Shown here in pieces: positions 39,001 to 51,100 of a stretch of 64,000 nucleotides of DNA. The stretch is from Podarcis gaigeae. Taxonomy: Eukaryota. The notes beneath the pieces were generated by a model, which saw nothing but the letters and a program-made list of their open reading frames with translations, was not told where the DNA came from and ran no database searches. The position numbers and the translations under genes were made by a program. Location: assembly GCA_964106915.2 (NCBI GenBank), contig OZ066927.1, one strand, 5' to 3'. Position 1 is the stretch's first letter. Every line of letters starts with the position of its first letter.

Positions 39001-42000
39001 TTGCCCTGGAAGAAATGGGACTCTCTGGCTGAAAATGGTTCTCTCCCTAACCCCCACGTTACCTGATTGCCCATCTCTTTTAATTTTTTTTGCATAAAGC
39101 AGCCATGGCAGGTCCCAATTCAAATCAGGACCTGAAACACTGGTGAAAAGCATGCCCTCCAAACTTATCTAATGAAGCCAAGGATAGTTGTTTGGTTGTG
39201 GGTTTTATTGTGGGAGGTTTTCTTTCCAAGGGAGGGGGAAGTGCAAGTTTTTCTCTGGCAAAAGGAATGAAAGGAAAATCAGATTCTCAAGGGAAGAGAT
39301 CAGGATCTAGAGAAGGGATGGCCAACATGGTGTCCTTCAGCTCTTACTGGACTCCAGTTCCCATCAGAGGTGGTTATAGGGTAGAGCAACCAGTTTTGCC
39401 ACAACAATGCTGTAAAACAGAGCATGAGAAGAAGAAGAAGAAGAAGAAGAAGAAGAAGAAGAAGAAGAAGAAGAAGAAGAAGAAGAGTAGTAGTAGTAGT
39501 AGTTTGGATTTCATATCCCACTTTATCACTACCCAAAGGAGTCTCAAAGCGGCTAACATTCTCCTTTCCCTTCCTCCCCCACAACAAACACTCTATGAGG
39601 TGAGTGGGGCTGAGAGACTTCAAAGAAGGTTGACTAGCCCAAGGTCACCCAGCAGCTGCATGTGGAGGAGCGGAGACGCAAACCCAGTTCACCAGATTAC
39701 GAGTCTACTGCTCTTAACCACTAGACCACACTGGCAGGGACACTGAATTTTAGCAGCACACAAAGGGTGCCACTGGAGTTTGAGAGCCCCAAGTCCACCA
39801 CTGCAGTAACCAGGGATGGCAGGAGGTGTAGTCCAACAATGTCTTGAGCGTACCGCACATTGACTGGAGTAATAAGGTTTTGTGTTGGCACAAGGGCTGG
39901 TGTAAATGTCTCCCTGTTTGGGGATTCACCCAATCTAAAGGGGTACATTGGGCAAATCTTGAAATCCTTACAATGGCAGCAAGGGGGTTGAATTATTGCC
40001 ATGTCTTTTTCCAAAAGGGGGGGGGGGAATGGTGCAGGATTTGCTGGTTTTGAGAAAGCTTTAGAAAAGCAAATGCATAAAAAGTTTTTTTAAAAAACCC
40101 CTCCTTCCCACTGAAAGACACCTCCCCTAAATGCAGTTGAAATGGCACCATAGAGGCAACTTCCAATTATCTACCTGTGTACAGAGGTGCAAGCTGTATG
40201 AAGCTGTTTCCATCTTCTAGGTATAAACACAAGAAACAAATAGCATCTATGCATAGCAAAGGGTGGGAGATAGAGCATAATCAGAAAAGGGGGAAGAAAT
40301 CTGTTGACATCAGCTGCCTTTGCCACCACTTGGCCCCTCCTCCCACTCAGCAGCATCAACGCAGGCAATGGGAAGTCAACTGAAGCACCTAGACAAACAG
40401 AAGACTGGGGGAGGAAAAGTGTTTCTACACATGAATCATAGAGTTGGAAGGGACCACAAGGGCCATCTAGTCATCATGCAGGAATCTTTTGCCCAGTGTG
40501 TGCAGCTCAAACCTACAACCCTGAGATTAAGAGTTAAGAGAGGGCCTTCTCGATAGTGGCACCTGCCCTGTGGAAGGCCCTCCCACCAGATGTCAAAGAG
40601 AAAACAACTACCAGACTTTTAGATGACATCTGAAGGCAGCCCTGTTTAGGAAAGCTTTTAATGTTTTTTATTATTAATTTTTATTATTATTCTAACTCAC
40701 CAAGGCACTCAGCTTAATCCAGGCATAGGCAAACTCGGCCCTCCAGATGTTTTAGGACTACAACTCCCATCATCCCTAGCTAACGGGACCAGTGGTCAGG
40801 GATGGTGGGAGTTGTAGTCCCAAAACATCTGGAGGGCTGAGTTTGCCTATGCCTGCCTTAACCTGCTCCTCTCCATACATTTCAGTCCACTGCTGCTTTT
40901 CAAGATAAAAAAAATAAAAATAGGCTCCTATAGTTGTTATTTTTCAGGGATTAAACCAGATTGGCAGGTACAGTTCTGAGCAGTCAAATAACCAGGGAAG
41001 AATGCATTAGACAGTAGCTCCCACTGCTCTGTCTGAAACAAGCTGCTTTGCCTGGTAAGAGAGTTGTATGCAATGCCAGCTATAATGCACAGAATTGACT
41101 TAAGTTCATTAATTTCAGTGGGTGTCTCTGACTAGAACTAGAACAGGATAAACCCAGAGTGCCTGATGGCAGGAGGACAAATTCTCGGAACTATATTTTA
41201 CATGTAGTTTTGCATTTAAGAAGCAAACTTCTGATTTGAGTGCATGTATAGATTTGCTGAGTTTTCTTTCACACGCACCAGTTCTAATCCTGTTGATTCT
41301 CTCATGCAGCTTTTATCATTTTTTTGCTTTTGCAGTTTTATTTTAATTGCTTAATTTGTTTTGGGAATGTGATTTAAGGGCAGTATAGCACTGCTTTGAA
41401 ACAATGAAATAAATAAAACTAACATGCATGTTTCCCATTTGAATTTTCAGCAAAAAGAAAAAAGAAAGAGAGAGAAAGAAACGTTGCACCTACAATTTTA
41501 CGAGAAACGAAGCTGAAATCCCCACGCGGCTGTTCCAAAATTTCCGAGCTGGAGAACAGATCCAACTTGCAAGTTGAAAGGAAGGGCAGGCCAGAGAGTC
41601 ATCCCGGGTGTTTTAGTAATTAAAGAAAAGTGCATAATGAACCATATGCCCAAAAGGGGCCTGTTTTTCATGCAGGACAGATTTTTGTTTGAATTTTTAA
41701 TTTTTATATACAGATGAAACACTGGGTGGGATGAAGTAACTGTGTGAGGTAACGCACCATGCAGTAGAGGAAGAAGAGGAAACAGTCAATGTGAGGATGA
41801 GCCGAGCATCCTTCGATGATTATGTGTCTATATTTCACTATTTTGAGACAAAGATTTTTTTTTTTTTAAAAAATGCATCCTTCTCTCCTTTGAGCAACTG
41901 TTTTAGGCATCTGTTCAAAGTCTCCATGAAAGAGATATTGACAGCTTTTTAGGCTGAACAGTCCAAGAAGAAAAGAACAGAATGCTGCCTGCCAATTTTT

Positions 42001-45000
42001 TTATTTATTTTTTTTAAATCAGGCTGACCCCACGGGACAAACAACAAGGATTCTTCTGCTATTTGTTGGACCCACCGCGTTGCCTCAACCACTCTGGTTT
42101 GGTGGAAAACCTGCCTTTGAAGCTCTAGCCAACACATTGTACAACAGCAAACCCAGCGCTTAAGCTCTGGAGTCTCTAAACTTCATTTGTTGTCATTTTC
42201 ATTGTGTGGCTTCCCTATTCCAAGGGAAGCAAGGAGTGTTTAACAAAGCTAAGAATAAAAGCCACAAACCTATCAATACCAATTAAGTAAAATACACAAT
42301 AAAACACCAAGTTACCCCGCTTATTTTTATTGTTAAGATGTTTAATACAGCTAAATTCCCAGTGAAGGCTGTCCAGCTTTGACCATATGCACACTGCATA
42401 TTTGAACCACTATGATAACACTTTAAACATCCATGGCTCGCCGCAAATAATTTTGGGCTCTGTAGTTAGTTAAGGGTGCTGAGAGTTTGGGGAGAGCCCC
42501 TCCCAAAGCTGTAGTTCCCAGAGTTCCCTGTGAAGAGGGATTTATAGCTCTGTGGTGGGAATAGGGGTCTCCTAAGAACTCTCAGAACCCTTAACAAACT
42601 ACAACTCCCAAAATTCTTTGGGGGAAGCCATGTCTGCTTAAAGTGATACCACAGTTTTCTGAAATTATGGTGCAAACATGGCTCTAGATAAGGTCATGTG
42701 GCCTCCTTTGAGATTTAAGATTTTGGGGGTATTGTATGTTTTGTTTACTGTATAGGTTAAGTTTTTATTTGTATGTATAATTCTTATGTATATGTTTTGA
42801 GTTGCCCACAACCTGACCTTGGTTGCCATATGATTACTGATTTATCAGCTTCTCTATATGTCCTGAGTGACACAAAAATATTAAAAAAGCATGATGGAGG
42901 TATATAAAATTAGGTATGATGTAGAGAAGGTGGATGAAGAGCTTTTCTCTCTCTAATAACACTAGGACTTGGGGACATCCAATGAAGATTCAGGATACTG
43001 GAAGATTCGGGACATTCAAAAGGAAGTCCTGCACACAGAACATTGTTAAACTATAAAATTTGCTCCCCCCAATTGGAATGGCCTTCAAAAAAAAAAAGGA
43101 TTAGAAAAAGTTATGGGTGTGGGATTCAAAGAAAGAGAGGAGTTTTTTTCTCCTTCCTAATACCAGAACATTGGCCCTTGTGACTCTCCATAGGCAACTC
43201 CCCTCTACAGCCACATAAATTTTCCCCAAGCCGTATCCGTATCCATCACCAGCCAGTGTGTAGAAACTATCTTGTTCTGCAAAGGGGAAAGGCATATTTG
43301 TTGCTCTGCCTCTGGACTCACCCACCCCTGGCATGTGGACCCTGGAAGGTTGCCCAGAAGGATATGTGGCCCTCAGGCTGAAAAAGGTTCCACACTGTGT
43401 GTCTTATGGGGCTGATGGGAACTGGAGCCCAACACCTGGAGGACATCATGTTGGTTGACCCTGAGTTTCAAGCGTAATTAGGAGAATATTCTCCCTCTAT
43501 TTCTGCAAGACAATGAAGGTGATATATGAGAGACACCCAATATGTCTCCATCTTTGGGAAGCAGTCTAGGGCAGTGTTCCCCAACCTTGGGCCTCCAGCT
43601 GTTTTTGGACTACAACTCCCATCATCCCTCGCTAGCAAGACCAGTGGTCAAGGATGATGGGAATTATAGTCCAAAAACAGCTGGAGGCCCAAGGTTGGGG
43701 AACACTGGTCTAGGGGACTGCTTAACACTTGAGACTTTGTCTCATCAGGAAATGGCTTTTTCCACCTGCTTTGCCCCACCCCAACCCTAGGAGCCTTCAG
43801 AATGGAGCTGTTGCCATGGGCATTATGTGTATGTGCCTTTTGATGAACTGAGTGGAATATTATGAATCATGGAGGTGGGGAGTGTGTGTGTGTGAATTTC
43901 CACAGTGCTTAGTTTGTTAGTCTGTTAATTGTTAATGCTGTTAATATTATTTTGTGGATTATGAGTGCTGCAGTGCTTTGTGAATCTCATAATACGACTT
44001 TTGTTGTGGTTGTGCTGTTTAACTTAATTTTTTTAGTCGTTTTGTTAATAGTGTTTTATAGAAGGTGGTTGTTTTACAGATAATTTGTTCATTGTTATAC
44101 ATGGTTTATGTTGTAATTGTGATGTTCTATTATGTTTTTGTTATTTATTGTTTGTGACTCGGGGAGTGAAAAGCGGCCTAGAAATATAATAAATGAAATG
44201 AAATTAATTTAAAGGTAAAGGTTGTGCGCCCATCTCACTCAAGAGGCCAGGGGCCAGCGCTGTCCGAAGACACTTCCGGGTCACGTGGCCAGCGTGACAT
44301 CGCTGCTCTGGCGCGCCAGAGCCGCACACGGAAACGCCGTTTACCTTCCCGCTAGAAAGCGGTCCCTATTTATCTACTTGCACCCGAGGGTGCTTTCGAA
44401 CTGCTAGGTTGGCAGGCGCTGGGACCGAGCAACGGGAGCACACCCAGCGGCGGGGATTCGAACCGCCGACCTTTCGATCGGCAAGCCCTAGGCGCTGAGG
44501 CTTTTACCCACAGCGCCACCCGCTGTGGGTAAAATTAATTTACCTCCCTGCTGTTTGCCTGCTCAAAGTCGTCATCAACAGCAGCTTTTCTCATAGACAC
44601 AAGGACCCTGTACCATTTCCCTCTCCAGGTAGGAAAGCAGCTTATGAAAAGCAATTTTGAGCAGGAAAAAGCTGGAAGGGAAAGGGTTTAGCAGCCCTGC
44701 TCCTGCTGCTATTCCACTCCCCACTGCTGTATCTGATGCTCCTTTTCATTTAAAAGAAGCGATGGAGAAAGGCAGCTCACATTCATCCTTTCTTATTGTC
44801 TAGTCTGAACCAAAGTTAACCAAGACTGAAACACTGCTTAGTATTCTGATTGTATGCACTTCCACAATCCTTTGCTTTGCTTGTCACATTATTATTTTTT
44901 CTCAACGGCATCTCTCCCCTTTTTTAAATTATGCAGGTGACCAATGTGATAATGAAACACTTTGGCACTGTTTTGATCCTTCAGATATAATGACAATTAG

Positions 45001-48000
45001 CACCATGCAGCATCTATCTTAATGCTTGCTCCATTTAATGAAATGCTTATCGTAGTAGAAGGAGTCTCACAGTTTTGGAGGGATCTATATATGAATGATT
45101 AAAAAGAAACTGGCCCATTTTTTTGTACACACACACAGACACCACTGCTCTGTTTCAAAGACTCAAGGACACTTGACAACAGTTCTATGTTGTACAGGTG
45201 GGTCTGTGCACATTAAAGGGATAACACTGGAAAGAAGACATCATTGACTGGCATCAGAACATATGAAGCTACCTCATACTGAGAAAGACCACTGGCTACT
45301 GGTCCACAAATAATGAACTAAAACCAACAAATTTCACAATTCACTAGAAGTAGCTTGAATCCAATCGCCAATGTTGGGCAACCCAACAGTTATGGTTGAA
45401 CTACAGCTCCTACCATCTCTGACCATTGACCCTACTGGGTGGGTCTGATGGAAGTTTGACTCCAACCATCTCTGGAGGGCTACAGATTGCCCACACCTCC
45501 TTTAATTAATTGTGTTTATACCATTTGACACATCTTCCAAGGAACTCAGGGAATCCAACTCACCACTTCCAGGCCTGCCTGGGCAAACTTGTTATCATAT
45601 AGTTTATTCCAGGGATAGAGAACTTGTGACCCTTCATATATTGCTAGATGACAACTCCCAGACCATTGGCCATGACGGCTGGGGCTGATGAGCACTGGAG
45701 TTTAACAGCACCCAGAGAGTACCGTCTTATCCACCATGGCATTTTAGAGGGTTGGGTCTAAATGTACAAAGCTACCCCAGCTACAAAATCATCTCCTCAA
45801 TAATACTTGTCTGGAACCAACTTTGTTAACTTTTAGGCTCCATTAGGGGTACCTTTACCTTTACCTTTAAGGGTTTTTTTTTAATTTTTGCCTATAATTT
45901 TATTTATTGATATTGAGGATTTTACTGCTGTTTCTATGAGTTTGATGGGGTTTTTCCTCTTTTATGTTGCACATTGCTATTTTATCATTTGTTGCTTAAT
46001 TTTACTATTCAAATCGTATTTATATTGGGTTTTGTTTTCTCCATTCAATTGTAAACTGTCTTGGCAGGTTCTCAAAAGTTTGTTAGCATTTTAGTGCAGA
46101 TTATTTCATTCATACACACATACACACAGAGGCATGCAATTTTGCCCAATGTACATATTTTTAAATTATTATTATAAGCATTCCTGTGTACATTTATCTG
46201 TATTAGATACATTTTGGAGCGTATTGCCTGGTTGGAGAATTGCATTGCAAAATTCAGGGAAGTGAGAATTTTAAAGGATGGCTGCATGGCAGTTCACCTA
46301 TTGTTTCAGGAAGTGCGAATTAGGTAGAGTCACAATATAAATGTGAGCTGAACCAAAATTCCCCACCCCACAATCCCACTTACAGGCTGAGCTCTCTGCA
46401 TAATATCAGTATGAAGAACAATGCACAGTCCTTCTGGATCAGGTCCTGCTTAACCAGAGGTGCAGCGGCCAAGGGTTAAAGACTTGTTACTATTTCTGCA
46501 ACAGGGTTCATGTCTCCAGCATCCTAGGGCTGGCCAATCAGCATGAAAGGTGGAGCCCTTTAGCCACTGAGAAGAAGCCGTCTCACCTTTTGTGCTGGTT
46601 GGAACCAAACACAGTGAAAAGAGGTGAGTCAGCCAGTGAGGATTGGCTCCTTGGGTCAATCTGGAGAAGGCAACCAGGAAAGAAGTTATCCCATACGCTC
46701 CAGAGCTAAGCATTTAGGAACACAGGCAAAAACAAGGTCCTTCGGTTTCCAGAGAATAGTGTGGCAAGTTATGTCAAATACAATGAAACTTCAAAGCTTC
46801 AAAAGAAGATATATGAGCACTCCAAATCATTTGCCCAGAAAATAGTAGATCTAGCTGAAAGTCAACCTGTGGAGAGCTGCAATGGTTGTTGCAATGCACC
46901 CATAAGTACAATTATTGTGTAATTATAAGATTGTTGTATAATCTTAAAAGGTTGTATAATGGTATGGCTATGAGAGCACTCAGCTGTGACAATTTCTGAA
47001 TTTACCACTACACTACTTGACTTGACTTAAAAGGGCCCAACTTCCTCGCCTATTGCGAAAGAGCAGAGTGGCTTCTTATCTTTCTGGGTCTTTTGCAGTT
47101 GAGTCCTCCAGGGAAGTTAGGGCCACATCCTGGCTCCCCGGGCTCATCTGATAGTAGGGTTTCTGTGTACCCTTCTCCTTCGGGTTATATGTATTATTTA
47201 TTCTCTACACTCTCCTCCTCTACCTGATGAAGAGAACTCCTAGTCCCTGACAAAAACCCTGTCAAGCCTGCTCACTTTTTGTTTGTTTTGGTGCTTCGCT
47301 GATCGGTTGGCAAACCCACGCAGCCCCCCGTCTATCAGAATTTCAGTAGTTGTATGTTAAAGGTAAAGGTAAAGGTACCCCTGCCCGTACGGGCCAGTCT
47401 TGACAGACTCTGGGGTTGTGCGCCCATCTCACTCAAGAGGCCAGGGGCCAGCGCTGTCCGGAGACACTTCCGGGTCACGTGGCCAGCGTGACATCGCTGC
47501 TCTGGCGAGCCAGAGCCGCACACGGAAACGCCGTTTACCTTCCCGCTGGTAAGCGGTCCCTATTTATCTACTTGCACCCGGGGGTGCTTTCGAACTGCTA
47601 GGTTGGCAGGCGCTGGGACCGAGCAGCGGGAGCGCACCCCGCCGCAGGGATTCGAACCGCCGACCTTTCGATCGGCAAGTCCTAGGCACTGAGGCTTTAA
47701 CCCACAGCGCCACCTGCGTCCCTAGTTGTATGTTAACACAGCTCAAATAGCCTCACAGCTGAAGACGAAACGTGCATCCAGTTATCAAGATTTTGTACAA
47801 GTTGTACTGCAGATCAAGGCTGAAGCAACAGATAAGCAAACGGGGCTAGAAAATAACTTGGGGGTGGGGGAGAGACGAGAGAGCAATTCTGCCAGAATGA
47901 ACCAGAAGCAATAACAACAAAGGGTGTAAGGGATATAATATTTTGGACTTTCCCCCCATTTGTGATTGTATATCGCCACCTACAGGAATCTCCCACCTCT

Positions 48001-48082
48001 CCCCTCCTTGAAAACTGTATAAAGATTATGGCTGATGCTTCTAGACTATTTCACAAAGTTATTTAACAGGGAACTCAATTGG

Positions 48083-48117
<35 letters not shown>

Positions 48118-51100
48118 GTGTAAGGGCCAGGATTTCCCACCAGACATAGAATGAAGCATTTTCACTAGGCCAGTTGTAATAAATGAACACTTCTTAGCAT
48201 TGACTCAAGATTCATTTCAAGTGTTCAGAGCCTTTCATGTGAATTCCTTAACAATGTGCTCACAACTAGCCCCAAACTGGGGTAGCAAATTGTGTGGGGG
48301 CGGGGTGGAAGATGTTTATTTAACTTCATTAAATAAAAAAAATTAAAACTTTTTTTTAAAAAAAAGAATTAAATTTATTAGTCTCTTGTCACCCAAAAGG
48401 TTTCCAAACGACTTGCCCTGGGAAAAAATACATTTTTTTCTGTCATCAACATAGCAATATGTACTGTATTTTTCGCCCTATGGGACGCACCGGCCCATAG
48501 GACGCACCTAGTTTTTTTTTGGGGGGGGGGGGAAATCAAGGAAAAATATTTTATTTTCCCCCCAGGTTTGCGCAGCCATCCCCAAGCTAGAAGAGGGAGA
48601 CGGAGCGCTCCGTCTCCCTCTTCTGCCTTCAGGGACAGCCTCTCTAGCCTCCGTGGGGCAGCGGCTTGCCCCGCTGTCCCCCGTGCTTGTGGGGCTGGCA
48701 GGGGGGGAGAGGCAAACTTGCTCCCCCCCCCCGCCAGCCTCCAGATCAGGTCCAGGAATAGCTGGGTGGCGGCGCTCCGCCTCCCCGCTATCCCCCGAGC
48801 TTGTGGGGCTGGTGATGGGGAGAAGCAAGCTTGCTTCTCCCCCCCCCCAGCCTCCAGATCAGGTCTGGGAATAGGTGGGTGGCGGCGCTCCGCCTCCCCG
48901 CTGTCCCCCGAGCTTGTGGGCTGCAGGCTGCTGCCCGCAAGCCTTGCGAGCCCGCGGGACCTCCCGCCGGCTTGCAAGGCTTGTGGATAGCTTCCTGAAG
49001 CCTGCATTCGCCCCATAGGACGCACACACATTTCCACTTCATTTTTGGAGGGGGAAAAGTGCGTCCTATAGGGCGAAAAATACGGTAGTTAACTGAGCTA
49101 CATGGAACTTTTCCATCAGTTCTGTAGAGTTAAGAAAAATAGGCCATAGTCCTGTTAAAGTGTACAGAAATTATTATGGAAATTCCTTTCTTTCAGAAGC
49201 CAGAATGGATAATTCTCAGCATTCTTGACTTTGCCAAGTTGGTGTCCCTCACCTGTTTGGAACTGCAGACTCCCATCAGCCCTGTCAGAGGTGTCAAGTT
49301 GCCCCCAAGACTGAGGGGGCACACAGATGACATCACGTTGTCTGGAGGAGGATGAGAGATCTGGAGGAGTGGGCCACTGAAGCCGTGCCTCGCTCAGCTC
49401 TGTGCCCGGCCTCCTCTGGAGGACACTATGTTAACAAAGAAACAGAATCTGGCCTGTGTGAGCAGGTGGTGGGCTAACCCTTACTCATAGGGTATCCATA
49501 GTGGGCTACACTCCTCCAAGTCTCCCTCTTACACTCTGTAAGTTTCCATGTGCATGCACACATACCACTTATAAGAACATAACAGCCTCCTGGATCAGAC
49601 CAGTGGCCCATCTAGTCCAACATTCTGTTCTCACCATGGTCTGTGGGAAACCCATAAGCAGGATTCAAGCACAACAGCACCCTCACCCCCTGCAGTGCTC
49701 TGCTCACCTGCGATTCCTAGCCACTGGCATTCAAAGGCATAATGCCTCTGTTGCAGCTAGTAGTCCCTGATCGGGTTCTCCTCCATGAATCTGCCTAATC
49801 CTCTTTTAAAGCCATCCAAGATGATGACCATCACTACCTCCTGTGGGAATGAATCCCATGGTTTAAGTACACACTGCATAAAGAAGTACTATGTTTTATT
49901 TGTCCTGAATCTTCCAACATTCAGCATCATTGGATGTCCATGAGGAAAAGTGTTACGAGGGAGAAAACCCTTTTTCTATCCATTTTCTTGATGCCATGCA
50001 TGCTTATATAAACTTCTAACAAGTCACCTCTAACTCAGCTTCTCTCTAAACTTGTTGTTTAGTCGTGTCCGACTCTTTGTGACCCCATGGACCAGAGCAC
50101 ACCAGGCACGCCTGTCTTCCATTGCAATTTGGTCAAACTCATGCTGGTAGCTTCGAGAACACTGTCCAACCATCTCATCCTCTGTTGTCCCCTTCTCCTT
50201 GTGCCCTCAATCTTTCCCAACATCAGGGTCTTTTCCAGGGAGTCTTCTCTTCTCATGAGGTTGCCAAAGTATTGGAGCCTCAGCTTCAGGACCTGTCCTT
50301 CCAGTGAGCACTCAGGGCTGATTCCCTTAAGAATGGAGAGGTTTGATCTTCTTGCAGTCCATGGGACTCTCAACAGTCTCCTCCAGCACCATAATTCAAA
50401 AGCATCAATTCTTTGGCAATCAGCCTTCTTTATGGTCCAGCTCTCACTTCCATACATCACTACTGGGAAAACCATAGCTTTAACTATACGGACCTTTGTT
50501 GGCAAGGTGATGTCCCTGCTTTTTAAGATGCTGTCTAGGTTTGTCATTGCTCTCTCTAAACTAGAAGGTCCCAAATGCTGCAACCTTTCCTCATAGGGTG
50601 GACCCTCCACCCCCTTTATCATTTTGGTTGCCCTTTTCTGAACCCTTTCCAACTCTACTGTATACTTTTGAGTTGTGGCAACCAGAACTGTACACAGCAT
50701 AATGAGGGACATGCTGATAGTTTATACAGAGAAGCCAACAAAATATTTGGTACTGGTAACAAAATATTGGAATATCAGTATCAGAAACATTCCTTCTCCT
50801 ATGATGGCAGCAATTCTTATTGGCTAGGCTTGTAAGGGCTGATGGAAGTTGTAGTTCAACAATACCTGGAGGGACAATGATTGTGCACACCTGTCATAGA
50901 GCACTCTATTCCCCCCTCCCATAGGGCATTCTGACCCTTATTTTCAAAGCTCGCGGCAGTTTGCCTGCCTAATGTAGCCACACCACCACTTGGAAGTTCT
51001 GCCTTAGCTTTAAGGTTTTAATAAAGAGAGAGGGAAAGAAAGAGGGAGACCCTGGCTACCTCGTCATATATTAAGAACCCTCACCTAAAAGTGCTGGGAC

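Noticed and set aside
39192-39746. 184-aa ORF with poly-K/poly-S (and poly-L/poly-F in other frames)
   Set aside because: Translation of the Squam3 SINE microsatellite tail.
43572-43707. Long perfect hairpin resembling a pre-miRNA
   Set aside because: Palindromic hAT MITE with TIRs and an 8-bp TSD, with many relatives in the window.
48378-49042. Several long overlapping ORFs (219, 140, 106 aa)
   Set aside because: Products of the GC-rich tandem repeat inside a MITE; no transposase motifs.
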